Below are positions 27,765 through 37,506 of a DNA stretch of 64,000 nt, in pieces. The notes beneath the pieces were generated by a model. The model made no database searches. It saw only the letters and a list, made by a program, of their open reading frames with translations, and was not told the origin of the DNA. The DNA comes from Anaerolineae bacterium (GTDB taxonomy: Bacteria > Chloroflexota > Anaerolineae > S140-20): positions 32,001-96,000 of the forward strand of contig JALUTT010000145.1 of assembly GCA_027021705.1 (NCBI GenBank). The letters run 5' to 3'. A program made the position numbers and the translations under genes. Numbering within the stretch: position 1 is the first letter of the stretch; the number at the start of each line of letters is the position of its first letter.

Positions 27765-29339
27765 TCATCCATCCTGGTCCCTCTCGGCCCCATCGTCGCT
27801 CCCTCGTGGTCCGACATCGCCTTCGGGCGCGGAGGCGATCCCTGCCATCAGGAGCCCCAACTGCTCTCGGGTTGCCTGTTCGGCCGACAGGATGTCCATG
27901 ATGTGCCCTTCGTACATCACGGCGATGCGGTCGGAGAGGGCTATGATCTCGTCCAGCTCCGTGGAGACGAGGAGCACCGCGCAGCCCTGGTCGCGCTTCT
28001 CCAGCAGTCGCCGGTGGATGTACTCGATGGAGCCTACGTCCAGCCCCCGGGTGGGCTGGGCGGCGATGAGCAGCCGGATGGGGCGGGAGAACTCCCGCGC
28101 CACGATCACCTTCTGCTGGTTGCCGCCCGAGAGGCTGGCGACGGGGGTGTAGATGCTGGGGGTGCGCACGTCGAACTGACGCACCCGCTCCTCGGCGGCC
28201 CGTTCGATGGCCGGCCGCTGGATGACGACGCCCTGGGCGAAGGGGGGGAGGTAGTAGGTGTTGAGCACCAGGTTGTCCATCACCGGGAAGGGCAACACCA
28301 GTCCATCCCGCTGCCGGTCCTCAGGGACGTGGGCGACGCCCTTCTCCAGGATCTGGCGGGGGGTGGCGTGGGTTGTCTCCTCACCGAGGATGCGCACCCG
28401 GCCGCTCTCGATGGGGCGCAGGCCGGTCAGCGCTTCCACCAACTCGGTCTGGCCGTTGCCCTGGACGCCGGCGATGCCCAGCACCTCGCCGGCCTCGATG
28501 GTGAAGCTGACGCCGTCCACGGCCACGTTCCCCAGGTCGTCCAGCACCCGCAGCTCTTCCACCTCCAGGACGGGGCCGGCCAGCTGAGCGGGCTGCTTCT
28601 CCACTTCCAGCATCACCTCCCGGCCTACCATCATCGCCGCGAGCTGGCGCTCGTCCGTCTCGGCCGGCCTGGTCGTGCCCACCACCCGCCCCTGGCGCAG
28701 CACGGTGATCCGGTCGGCGATGGTGAGCACCTCCTTCAGCTTGTGGGAGATGAAGATGACCGACTTTCCCTGGCTCACCAGGGAGCGGATGATGGCGAAG
28801 AGGTCTTCCACCTCCTGGGGGGTCAGCACCGCCGTCGGCTCGTCCAGGATGAGGATGTCGGCGTGACGGTAGAGGATCTTGATGATCTCCACCCGCTGCT
28901 GGACGCCCACGGGCAGGTCTTTGATGTAGGCGTCGGGGTTCACTTTGAGACCGTACTGCTCGGAGATCTCCCGGATGCGCTGAGCAGCCGCGGCCCGGTC
29001 CAGGAAGAGGCCTCCCCGCACCGACTCGACGCCCAGCATCACGTTCTCCGTCACCGTCATCACCGGGATGAGCATGAAGTGCTGGTGGACCATCCCGATG
29101 CCCTGGGCGATGGCATCGCGGGGCTCGTGGATCTCCACCCGCCGGCCTCGGATGTAGATCTCCCCCTCGTCGGGCGTGTAGAGGCCGTAGAGGATGTTCA
29201 TCAGGGTCGTCTTCCCGGCACCGTTCTCACCCAGCAGGGCGTGGACCTCCCCTTCTTCCAGCGTGAGGTCAATGTGGTCGTTGGCCAGGACGCCGGGAAA
29301 GGCTTTGGTGATGCCTCGTAGCTCAAGTACTGGGGGCAT
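27765..29339 (-). CDS. CUT2 ABC ATPase with two nucleotide-binding domains (NupA-like)
   Basis: LLGENGAGKTT, GMVHQHF, ILDEPT, GVQGNGQ, LSGGNQQK, QPTRGLDVG. Confidence 0.93.
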   Translation of the reverse strand: MPPVLELRGITKAFPGVLANDHIDLTLEEGEVHALLGENGAGKTTLMNILYGLYTPDEGEIYIRGRRVEIHEPRDAIAQGIGMVHQHFMLIPVMTVTENVMLGVESVRGGLFLDRAAAAQRIREISEQYGLKVNPDAYIKDLPVGVQQRVEIIKILYRHADILILDEPTAVLTPQEVEDLFAIIRSLVSQGKSVIFISHKLKEVLTIADRITVLRQGRVVGTTRPAETDERQLAAMMVGREVMLEVEKQPAQLAGPVLEVEELRVLDDLGNVAVDGVSFTIEAGEVLGIAGVQGNGQTELVEALTGLRPIESGRVRILGEETTHATPRQILEKGVAHVPEDRQRDGLVLPFPVMDNLVLNTYYLPPFAQGVVIQRPAIERAAEERVRQFDVRTPSIYTPVASLSGGNQQKVIVAREFSRPIRLLIAAQPTRGLDVGSIEYIHRRLLEKRDQGCAVLLVSTELDEIIALSDRIAVMYEGHIMDILSAEQATREQLGLLMAGIASAPEGDVGPRGSDDGAERDQDG

Positions 29340-29367
29340 GGCTACCCTCGTCTGTGCGGTGGTAATT

Positions 29368-29403
29368 CTTCGGCGGTGTCGGGCTAGCCCGACACCGCCG
29401 AAG
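29368..29403. terminator. Perfect 36-bp palindrome between the binding-protein and ATPase genes (mRNA-stabilising or attenuating hairpin)
   Basis: CTTCGGCGGTGTCGGGCT/AGCCCGACACCGCCGAAG. No long U-tract. Confidence 0.55.
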
Positions 29404-29437
29404 TCCATGTTCCGCCGGTGGTCGGACGATGAACCAT

Positions 29438-31543
29438 CTACCCGGTGGGCCAGCCCGTCTTGATGGTGCCGTCAATGATCCCCTGGCGGATCTCCTCCAG
29501 GTCCTTCTTGATCTGATCCGGCACCCGGTCCTCCCAGTCGTGGAAGGGGGCCAGGCCGACGCCGTCGTTGGCCAGCGTGCCCACGTAGACGCCGCAGCCG
29601 TTGAAGTTGCCCTCCACGGCTTGCTTGACGGTGTTGAAGACGGCGTTGTTCAACCGCTTCTCGACGCTGGTGATCAGGATGCCCTTCTCCTGGGGCAGGG
29701 TGTAGTACTGGTCCACGTCCACGCCGATGCCGCCCACGTTGGCTCCGGCCTCGGCCCGCTCGCGGACGGCGACCAGGGCCCCGTTGCCGGTCTTGCCGCC
29801 GGCCCCGAAGAGCACGTCAATCCCCTCATCTAGCAGCGAGTTGGCTGCGGCCTTCCCCTTCTCCGGGGCCTCGAAGTCGCCCACGTAGGTCTTGGAGAAA
29901 GAGACGTTGGCCCCGTACTTTTCGTTGTAGTAGTTGATGCCGCTCTCGAAGCCGACGGCGAACTGGACGACGGGCGGGATCTCCATCCCGAAGACGGCCC
30001 CTACCTTCGGATCATCGGGGTCCAGCTCCGTGGCCATCGCGGCGGCCAGGTAGCCGCCCAGGAAGGCCGCCTCGTCGGAGGCGAAGACGATCCCCTGGAC
30101 GTTCTCGATGCAGGGGTCGTAGGCGAAGTCCACGATGGCGAACTTGATGTCCGGGTAGAGAGGGGCCATCTTGGCCGTGGCGTCGGCCAGCAAGAAGCCG
30201 ACGGTGATGATCATGTCGTAGCCCTGCTCGGCGAACTCGGTGATGTTGTTCTCGTAGTCGGCCTGGGCCTGGGACTCGATGAACTGGGCCTCGACGCCGG
30301 GGATCTCCTTGGCCGCCCGCGCCAGCCCCTCCCAGGTGCTCTGGTTGAAGCTGGCGTCGTCAATGCCGCCCACATCGGAGATCATCCCCACGCGGAAGGG
30401 CTTGACCTCCCCTTCCTCCTTCGGGGGCTTCGCCTCGCCCAGCGGCCAGCCGGTGTTGATGGTGCCGTCAATGATGCCCTGGCGGACCTCTTCCAGCTCG
30501 GCCTTCAGGTCGTCAGGCACCTGGTCCTCGAAGTCGTGGAAGGGGGCGATCCCGACGCCGTTGTTCTTCAGGGTGCCCACGTAGGTGCCGCCCTTGAAGG
30601 TGCCGTCCAGCACCGCCTTGATGGCGTCGAAGACGGCCACGTCCATGTTCTTGAGGATGGAGGTGAGGTAGACCTCTTTATACTCGGGGGCGGAGACGTA
30701 CCAGTCGGTGTCCACGCCGATCATCATCGCGCCCCGCTCCTTGACGGCGGCGGCGGTGCCCAGGCCAACGGGGCCGGCGACGGGCAGGATGATGTCGGCT
30801 CCCTCGTCCATCAGCGATTCGGCGAAGCGGCGGCCGTCATCGGTGGACTCGAAGTTGCCGGTGAAGAGGCCGTCGCCTTCGGCGTTGCTCCAGCCCAGCA
30901 CTTCGACGTTGGTACCGTGCTTCTGGTTGTAGTACTCGACGCCCGACTCGAAGCCGACCATAAAGATGGTCACCGGCGGGATGTTGATGCCGCCGAAGGT
31001 GCCCACCTTGCCCGTCTTGGTCATCCCGGCGGCCAGGTAGCCGGCCAAGAAGGCGGCCTCATCGGTGGAGAAGGTCAGCCCCAGGACGTTGTCCAGCGGC
31101 GGGTCGTAGGCGAAGTCCACGATGGCGAACTTCTGATCGGGGTAGGCTTCAGCGGCCGCTTTGGTGGCGTCGCCCAACAGGAAGCCGACGGTGATGATCA
31201 GGTCGCAACCCTGCTGGATGAACTCGTTGAGGTTGCGCTCGTAGTCCGTCTGCTGCTGGGACTCCAGGTACTGACCGTCAACGCCCAGCTTTTCCATCGC
31301 GTCCTGGACGCCCTTCCAAGCGGTGGCGTTGAAGCTGCGATCGTCAATGCCGCCCACGTCGGTCACCTGGCAGATCTTGGCCTTCTTCTCCGGCTTGGGC
31401 ATCTCGACCGGTTTGGTTGGCTCCTCCTTGGGGGCCATCTCCTTGGTGGGCGTGGGGGTCGGGGCTGCGCCGCCGCCACAGGCGGTCAGCACCAGCGCGA
31501 CCACCGTCAGCAGGCTGAAGAAGATGAGAACCGTTTTGCGCAT
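29438..31543 (-). CDS. BMP-family (PnrA/TmpC-like) lipoprotein with two tandem BMP domains
   Basis: Lipobox LTAC. DVGGIDDRSFN and DVGGIDDASFN start two homologous halves, each ending IIDGTI.TGWP. Confidence 0.92.
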   Translation of the reverse strand: MRKTVLIFFSLLTVVALVLTACGGGAAPTPTPTKEMAPKEEPTKPVEMPKPEKKAKICQVTDVGGIDDRSFNATAWKGVQDAMEKLGVDGQYLESQQQTDYERNLNEFIQQGCDLIITVGFLLGDATKAAAEAYPDQKFAIVDFAYDPPLDNVLGLTFSTDEAAFLAGYLAAGMTKTGKVGTFGGINIPPVTIFMVGFESGVEYYNQKHGTNVEVLGWSNAEGDGLFTGNFESTDDGRRFAESLMDEGADIILPVAGPVGLGTAAAVKERGAMMIGVDTDWYVSAPEYKEVYLTSILKNMDVAVFDAIKAVLDGTFKGGTYVGTLKNNGVGIAPFHDFEDQVPDDLKAELEEVRQGIIDGTINTGWPLGEAKPPKEEGEVKPFRVGMISDVGGIDDASFNQSTWEGLARAAKEIPGVEAQFIESQAQADYENNITEFAEQGYDMIITVGFLLADATAKMAPLYPDIKFAIVDFAYDPCIENVQGIVFASDEAAFLGGYLAAAMATELDPDDPKVGAVFGMEIPPVVQFAVGFESGINYYNEKYGANVSFSKTYVGDFEAPEKGKAAANSLLDEGIDVLFGAGGKTGNGALVAVRERAEAGANVGGIGVDVDQYYTLPQEKGILITSVEKRLNNAVFNTVKQAVEGNFNGCGVYVGTLANDGVGLAPFHDWEDRVPDQIKKDLEEIRQGIIDGTIKTGWPTG

Positions 31544-31621
31544 CTTTGCTCCTCCTTTGTGGACTCACAAGGGTTGGTGTACACACAAGAGCGTGGGCTG
31601 GCGCCCGTCGGCACCCCCGCT

Positions 31622-31649
31622 ATTTTACCAAAAGTGGGCCAAAGGGCAA
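31622..31649 (-). promoter_or_regulatory. Putative promoter of the BMP transporter operon
   Basis: TTGCCC-16 nt-TAAAAT with TG extension. Confidence 0.5.
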
Positions 31650-31677
31650 GGGAAACGTGCGTCGGGGCGCAAGCTGT

Positions 31678-31920
31678 TCAGCGGTAGAGCAGGACCTTGC
31701 CTAACTCCTGCAATTCGAGCTTGCCTTCCCGCTTCTTTTGAAGCTCCTGTTCGACCTCCTCCAGGAAGTGCATGGTCTGGCGGCTGTAATAGCGCTCTCC
31801 GCAAGATTGACAAACCAAGACGTGAATGGGGACATAGACGATGTCTTGTCCTACTTTCAGCTCCTCGTACACCTCTCTGGTCTGAATATCATCGCTATGG
31901 CAGACAATGCATTTCATCAT
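31678..31920 (-). CDS. YgiT/MqsA-type zinc-finger protein
   Basis: MKCIVCH...VLVCQSCGERYY. Confidence 0.85.
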   Translation of the reverse strand: MMKCIVCHSDDIQTREVYEELKVGQDIVYVPIHVLVCQSCGERYYSRQTMHFLEEVEQELQKKREGKLELQELGKVLLYR

Positions 31921-32237
31921 CTTCTCCTTCTGTAGTCAATCCATCGTCCGGGATCAGGGTGGTAGACGGTTATGATGATTGCCAGGTTCTCTTCTGCATT
32001 GTAAGCACAGACAATGTGGAGAGGGCGATTGGCGTGGGTCCGACCATATAGCAGCACGCTTGGATAAGGTGTATCGTCGGGATATTCTTCGATGACCTCG
32101 CCGGACAAAACGGCTTCATACACTTCCTGCTCGCTGATCGCGCCAAAGGGTTCATTTTGCATTTCACGGCGGGCGTGGCTCGTGTAGAGCACAGCATCGG
32201 CTTGGAAACACCGGATGAGGATACGAATCCAGTCCAT
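31917..32237 (-). CDS. DUF4258-family protein (putative toxin)
   Basis: YTSHARREM, GEVIEEYPDDTPYPSVLLYG, PLHIVC, IITVYHPDP..W. Start overlaps the ftsK stop (TAATG). Confidence 0.88.
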   Translation of the reverse strand: MDWIRILIRCFQADAVLYTSHARREMQNEPFGAISEQEVYEAVLSGEVIEEYPDDTPYPSVLLYGRTHANRPLHIVCAYNAEENLAIIITVYHPDPGRWIDYRRRR

Positions 32238-34555
32238 TAAGACGTCTCCTCGGGAGGGATGAGGACTTCTCGCCCTTGTCCACCCTCCGTGGCCGGCCCG
32301 ATGATCCCCTTCTCCTCCATCCGGTCTATTAGCCGGGCAGCACGGGTGTAGCCGATGCGGAGCCGGCGCTGAAGCAATGAGATGGATGCCCGCCGCGTCT
32401 TGCGGACGATGGCAACGGCTTCTTCCCACAGGGCGTCTTCCTGCTCCCGCTGCGAGACGCGCGATGGCCCCTGCAGTTCTTTCCACAGCGGCGGCTGGGT
32501 GACCGAGGAAGACGGTTGCTGGGATGGCGCTCTCTGCTTGCCCGCCTTCTCCTGGTCCTGAGTTCCCCGCGCCCCCTTCCAGTAGCGGATCAACCGGCGC
32601 GTCTCCGCATCGGAGACGAAGGCCCCTTGCAGGCGGACCGGCTGGCTGGCGTCGGGAGCCAGGTAGAGCATGTCTCCCCGCCCCAACAGCCGCTCTGCTC
32701 CCGTCATGTCCAGGATGACCCGGGAGTCCACCGCCGAGGCGGTGGCGAAGGAGATGCGGGCCGGGAAGTTGGCCTTGATCAGCCCCGTCACCACGTCCAC
32801 GCTGGGGCGCTGGGTGGCGATCACCAGGTGGATGCCGGTAGCCCGGGCCATCTGGGCCAGGCGGGTGATGGTCCGTTCCGTCTCGTCCGGAGCCAGCATC
32901 ATCAGGTCGGCCAACTCGTCAATGATGACGACGATGTAGGGCATCAGGTCACCCTCGCCGCGCTTCACCACCTGTTGGTTGTAGTCGGCGATGTTGCGGG
33001 CCCCGGCCTTGGCGAAGCGTCGGTATCGTTTGTCCATCTCCCGGGTCACCCATTGCAGGACCCCCACCACCCGCTCCAGGTCCACCACCACCGGTGTGAG
33101 CAGGTGGGGGATGCCGTTGTACTGGGTCAGCTCCACCCGCTTGGGGTCCACCATCAGGAGCTTGAGCTGGTCCGGCGTGTTGAAGGCCAGGAGACAGGCG
33201 ATGATGGCGTTGATGCAGACCGATTTGCCGGACCCGGTGGTGCCGGCGATGAGCAGGTGGGGCATAGCCGTCAGGTCGGCGACCACCGGCTGCCCGGAGA
33301 CGTCCTGGCCCAGAGCGAGCCGCAGGGGGGAGCGGAGCTTGCGGAAGGGCTCCGACTCGACGATGTCGCGCAGAGCGACCAAGGCAACCTCGGCGTTGGG
33401 GACCTCGATGCCCACGATGGACTTGCCGGGCACAGGGGCTTCGATGCGGATGGAGGGGGCGGCCAGGGCCAGGGCCAGGTCGTCGGCCAGGGCGCTGATG
33501 CGGCTGACCTTGACCTTGGTGCGCTTTCCCCCGCGCCCCTCGATGAAACCGGGCTCGACGCCAAACTGGGTGATGACCGGCCCCCGGTTGACCTCGACCA
33601 CGCGACCGGGCACGCCGAGGCTCTGCAGGGTCTGCTCGATGATCTGGACCCGTTCCCGGATCTCGGCCTCGCTCAGGTCCTGCTCGCCCCCCGGCTCGAA
33701 GATGGCGGTGATGTCGGGGAGCTGCCAGCGCTGCTGCCCGCCGATGATGCGGGGGTGGAGGAGTGGAGGGGGCTCCGTCGGCGCAGTCGTCGGCGGCTTT
33801 TTCGAGGGTTCACGGCCGGCGGGGCGGGCCGGTGAGGGTGGCGCTTTAGAGGGGGCAGGGCGACGTCGGGAGGTGGGCTTGGCCGGCGGGGGTTGGGCCT
33901 CCGGGGCCGGTGGGGGCTCCGACGGCGCCGGGGGAAGCCAGTCGGCCGGCTTGGAGGGCCATACCCGCCGGTAGAGGCGGGCGCTCCCCTGGATGATCTC
34001 CGCCGGGGAGAGGCTGAAGGCGAGCATCCCCCCGATCACCAGCAGGCCCAGCAGGACGAGGATGGCGCCGGCCGTCCCCACGGCTCCCTGGAGCAGTTGG
34101 GCGAGGATCATTCCCAGGTATCCCCCGCCGACCCCGCGCTCGGCCAGGTCGGGCCAGGGCTGGTCGTAGAAGGGGCCGGCGAGCATGTGGAAGCCGGCCA
34201 GGGCGGTCAGGAAGAGGAGGACGGCTCCGATCATCCGTTCCCCTTCGACCTGGGGCAGCCGGTCGCCGAAGTGGCGGAGCACCAGCCAGAGGCCGGCCCC
34301 TCCCATCCCCAGGGGCACGACGTAGACCCCCCAGCCGAAGGTCTGGCTCAGGAGCCGGAGCCACAGGCCGGTCAGCGCCCCCTGGCTGGCGGAGAGGAAG
34401 CTGAGGATGGTCAGCAGGGCCAGGAGCACCAACCCGACCCCCAGGATGTCCAGCCACTGGTCCAGGGTGAGCGTCAGAGGGGGCTTCCGGGGGGTGCCCT
34501 TCTTCCGCGACTTCCCCTTCTTCGATTTCGATGAGCGGCCCTTTCGCTTCGTCAT
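32237..34555 (-). CDS. ftsK: DNA translocase FtsK/SpoIIIE
   Basis: N-terminal TM domain. PHLLIAGTTGSGKS, DPKRVEL, IDELADLM, ATQRPSVDV, gamma domain SLLQRRLRIGYTRAARL. Confidence 0.97.
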   Translation of the reverse strand: MTKRKGRSSKSKKGKSRKKGTPRKPPLTLTLDQWLDILGVGLVLLALLTILSFLSASQGALTGLWLRLLSQTFGWGVYVVPLGMGGAGLWLVLRHFGDRLPQVEGERMIGAVLLFLTALAGFHMLAGPFYDQPWPDLAERGVGGGYLGMILAQLLQGAVGTAGAILVLLGLLVIGGMLAFSLSPAEIIQGSARLYRRVWPSKPADWLPPAPSEPPPAPEAQPPPAKPTSRRRPAPSKAPPSPARPAGREPSKKPPTTAPTEPPPLLHPRIIGGQQRWQLPDITAIFEPGGEQDLSEAEIRERVQIIEQTLQSLGVPGRVVEVNRGPVITQFGVEPGFIEGRGGKRTKVKVSRISALADDLALALAAPSIRIEAPVPGKSIVGIEVPNAEVALVALRDIVESEPFRKLRSPLRLALGQDVSGQPVVADLTAMPHLLIAGTTGSGKSVCINAIIACLLAFNTPDQLKLLMVDPKRVELTQYNGIPHLLTPVVVDLERVVGVLQWVTREMDKRYRRFAKAGARNIADYNQQVVKRGEGDLMPYIVVIIDELADLMMLAPDETERTITRLAQMARATGIHLVIATQRPSVDVVTGLIKANFPARISFATASAVDSRVILDMTGAERLLGRGDMLYLAPDASQPVRLQGAFVSDAETRRLIRYWKGARGTQDQEKAGKQRAPSQQPSSSVTQPPLWKELQGPSRVSQREQEDALWEEAVAIVRKTRRASISLLQRRLRIGYTRAARLIDRMEEKGIIGPATEGGQGREVLIPPEETS

Positions 34556-34631
34556 CTGTCGGATCTTAGGAAAAGGCAGCGAGCGGTTGGCCGGGTGCGT
34601 TATCCGGCAGGAGTGGGTAAGGAGAGAGTGT

Positions 34632-35021
34632 CTACGTTGGAGAGAGTTCAGGCTCAAGCAGATGTTCTAGCATCAGTTTTTCCAGAGTAACGTCTCCGCG
34701 CAGGGTGGTCACCGGCTCCGCTTGTCCAGGGAGGGGGGCAATCTTCAAATAAAGGCTTACGGGCGGACGTGTCAGGATCCTCCAGACGATCTGGCGGAGT
34801 TCGGGGGGAAAGTCATCCAGTCGAGAGAGGGGAAGTGGCCTTGGGTGGTGCACAAGGTTGGAGAAGTCTAGCAGGGTTAGGCCTACCGCTTCCCCGGTTG
34901 GAGCGTCAAATCGCAGGACGATGTTGTCATTGAGGGAGACACTGCTTCCTTTCTGGCCTTTTGCGAAAGAGATGTACAGAACATCACCTTCGGCATCGTA
35001 AGAGAGATGTAGTTCTCGCAT
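34632..35021 (-). CDS. DUF2283-family protein with C-terminal extension
   Basis: SYDAEGDVLYISF...NIVLRFD..TGEAVGLTLLDFS. Confidence 0.8.
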   Translation of the reverse strand: MRELHLSYDAEGDVLYISFAKGQKGSSVSLNDNIVLRFDAPTGEAVGLTLLDFSNLVHHPRPLPLSRLDDFPPELRQIVWRILTRPPVSLYLKIAPLPGQAEPVTTLRGDVTLEKLMLEHLLEPELSPT

Positions 35022-35022
35022 T

Positions 35023-35328
35023 TCACTTCCTCGGGATGTAGTCCTGATAGGCCGTTACGACGAACCGATCTTTAGGCGGACGAAGTACAACCACCACGAC
35101 GATGCAATTGTTCCACTCCTGCAACCCTTCGACTTCCCATCCGACGTAAAACCACTTGTGAGGGTTGAGAGGGTCTTGGCGTCGCCTTGCTGTGCGGACG
35201 ATCCGGCGCATAGCCTCAAAAAAGGGCTCCATTTCAGGATGGAATTCGACGATGTGGGACCATCGTTCCCAGGTTAGGTAGATTTCGTGACCATATCTGT
35301 CCTTGACGATCCAGGCTTTACCCCTCAT
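35023..35328 (-). CDS. Putative RelE/BECR-fold toxin paired with DUF2283
   Basis: DRYGHEIYLTWERWSHI..HPEM and C-terminal FVVTAY. Probably leaderless. Confidence 0.65.
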   Translation of the reverse strand: MRGKAWIVKDRYGHEIYLTWERWSHIVEFHPEMEPFFEAMRRIVRTARRRQDPLNPHKWFYVGWEVEGLQEWNNCIVVVVVLRPPKDRFVVTAYQDYIPRK

Positions 35329-35335
35329 AGGGAGC

Positions 35336-35364
35336 ATTATAAGCGTCCTTGCCAGGACCGTCAA
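35336..35364 (-). promoter_or_regulatory. Near-consensus promoter placing +1 at or near the ATG at 35328
   Basis: TTGACG-17 nt-TATAAT, with the -10 box ending 7 nt before the ATG. Confidence 0.7.
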
Positions 35365-35470
35365 GGCAGCCGTCTTTTCGTGATCACCCATATCTCGGGA
35401 GTCCGCCCGGCCCGCCCAGACCTGGAAGGTCCGGGCTGAGAGAAGCAAAGCCCTAGGGGTGGCTCCTTAA

Positions 35471-35502
35471 ATCCGCGCATTCGTGCCCCATTCGTGGACG
35501 GC
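35471..35502 (-). repeat. Dispersed CGRAT-trimer motif
   Basis: GCCGTCCACGAATGGGGCACGAATGCGCGGAT resembles the motif split by the 541-bp element and the motifs inside it. Confidence 0.55.
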
Positions 35503-35531
35503 CCATCTCCCCGCCTCCAGGATACGGGTAA

Positions 35532-36308
35532 TCACCGGGACCGCCGCTCTCCGGCTCTGGGGGAACACCCTCGCTCCCGCAGGACGAGCAGCACGAAGTG
35601 GGGGAGGGCGAGCTGACGCCGCCAGCGCCAGGGCTGGCGCAGGAGCCGGTAGAACCACTCCAGCCCCAGGCGTCGGACCCAGGGCGGGGCCCGCCGCACG
35701 ACGCCGGCAAAGTAGTCCAGCGCCCCGCCCACCCCCATCGCCACGGGAACGCCCAGCCGCTGCTGATTGCGGGCGATCCAGAGGTCCTGGGCCGGCGCTC
35801 CATAGGCGACGAAGAGCACGTGGGGCCGGGCAGCCCGGATGCGGGCGACGATCTCCGCCTCGTCGTCGGGGCGGGGCGAACCGGCGTAGCAGCCGGCGAC
35901 GGTTAGGCCGGGATAGCGCCGTTGTAAGGCCGCGCCGGCCCGCTCCGCCACCCCCGGCGCCGCCCCCAGCAGGAAGAGCCGCCAGCCCTGCCGGGCCGCC
36001 CGGGCGGCGATCTTCTCGGCCAGGTCCACGCCGGCCACCTGCTCCCGCAGGGGATGGCCCAGCCGCCGGGCTGCCCAGAGCACGCCGACGCTGTCGGGCA
36101 CGCAGAGGGCGGCCTGATCGAGCACCCGACGGAAACGGGGGTGACGCCGGGCCGTCATAATGAACTCGACGTTGACGGTGGCGATCTGGTGGGGCCGGCC
36201 GTCGGCGATGAACCCGGCGATCCGGGCCAGGGCCTCCTCGTGGGTCACGTCGTCCACCCGCACCCCGAGGATTCGGATGGAACGGACTTGTAGACCGGTG
36301 CTCACCAT
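35532..36308 (-). CDS. WecB/TagA/CpsF-family glycosyltransferase
   Basis: ATVNVEF, PDSVG, VAGVDL, VAYGAPAQD, GVGGALD, GLEWFYRL..QPWRWRR. Confidence 0.93.
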   Translation of the reverse strand: MVSTGLQVRSIRILGVRVDDVTHEEALARIAGFIADGRPHQIATVNVEFIMTARRHPRFRRVLDQAALCVPDSVGVLWAARRLGHPLREQVAGVDLAEKIAARAARQGWRLFLLGAAPGVAERAGAALQRRYPGLTVAGCYAGSPRPDDEAEIVARIRAARPHVLFVAYGAPAQDLWIARNQQRLGVPVAMGVGGALDYFAGVVRRAPPWVRRLGLEWFYRLLRQPWRWRRQLALPHFVLLVLRERGCSPRAGERRSR

Positions 36309-36321
36309 CTCGCTCCTCGCC

Positions 36322-37506
36322 TCACGTTGCCTTGGCCCGCCGTTCCTCGTCCAGCACCCGACCCATCACCTCCAGGACGGTCTGGGCGCAGGATTCCCAG
36401 GAAAAGCGGCGGACGTTGGCCCGTCCCCGCTCGATCAGCGTCGCCCGCAGCCCCGGCTCCGTCACCACCCGGTACAGGGCAGCGGCCAGGGCCTCCACAT
36501 CCATCGGATCCACCAGCAGGGCCGCGTCGCCGGCCACCTCGGGCAGCGAGGACCGGTCGCTGCAGACCACCGGCGTGCCGCAGACCTGGGCCTCCAGCAC
36601 GGGGAAGCCGAACCCCTCGTAGAGGGAGGGGAAGACGAAGGCCAGCGCCCCGCTGAGCAACGCGGCTTTGTCCGCGTCGTCCACGTAGCCGGGGAAGAGG
36701 ACCCGCCCCTCCAGCCCCAGCGTCCGCACCCGCCGGAAGAGGCCGTCGTAAAGCCAGCCTCGCCGACCGGCCAGGACCAGGGAGAGCCCCCGGTCATCGG
36801 GGTCCAGGCGTGACTGCAGCCGGGCGAAGGCCTCCACCAGCCGGACCAGGTTCTTGCGCGGCTGGAGCGTCCCCAGGTAGAGCAGGTAGGGCCGGCGGAT
36901 GCCGTACCGGGCCAGCGTCCGCGCGATGCGCTGGGGGTCCCGGGCGGGGGCCAGCGTCGGGTCCAGGCCGGGGTAGGCGACGACGATCCGGTCGGGATCG
37001 GTCCCGTAGTGGCGGGTCAGGTCGGCCCGTGTCGCCTCGGAGTCGGCCAGGATGGCGGCGGCCCGCCGGGCGTTGTGGCGGGTGGACCATTCCAAATACC
37101 AGCGCTGACCGGGGGGGTGGGCTTCCGGGAAGTGGCGGTAGCCCAGGTCGTGGACGGTGACGAGGGCCGGTGGGCGGGTCCAGAGGGGCAGGACGTGGGC
37201 CGGCACGAAGAGCAGATCGGGCGGGTGGTGGGCCACCTCCCAACCCAGCCGCAGGTGGGTCCAGAGGCGGGGGAAGGGGATCACCCGGTGCTCTACGTGG
37301 GGATGGTCAGTGAAGAGGGAGGACGACGCCGGGGGGCGGTTGAAGTAGAGCCGCCAGCGGAGGGTCCGGGAGCGCCCCTGCACCACCAGCCGATCCTGAG
37401 CGATCAGCGCTCCGATGAGGTGGCGGGAGTAGCGCTCCGTGCCCGTGGGCCGTTCGGAGACGGCCCGGCTGGCGTCCACACCGATGCAGAGCGGGTTCCC
37501 AGTCAT
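36322..37506 (-). CDS. GT4-family glycosyltransferase
   Basis: TGTERY, VTVHDL, GTLQPRKN, FPSLYEGFGFPVLEA, SLPEVAG. Confidence 0.92.
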   Translation of the reverse strand: MTGNPLCIGVDASRAVSERPTGTERYSRHLIGALIAQDRLVVQGRSRTLRWRLYFNRPPASSSLFTDHPHVEHRVIPFPRLWTHLRLGWEVAHHPPDLLFVPAHVLPLWTRPPALVTVHDLGYRHFPEAHPPGQRWYLEWSTRHNARRAAAILADSEATRADLTRHYGTDPDRIVVAYPGLDPTLAPARDPQRIARTLARYGIRRPYLLYLGTLQPRKNLVRLVEAFARLQSRLDPDDRGLSLVLAGRRGWLYDGLFRRVRTLGLEGRVLFPGYVDDADKAALLSGALAFVFPSLYEGFGFPVLEAQVCGTPVVCSDRSSLPEVAGDAALLVDPMDVEALAAALYRVVTEPGLRATLIERGRANVRRFSWESCAQTVLEVMGRVLDEERRAKAT

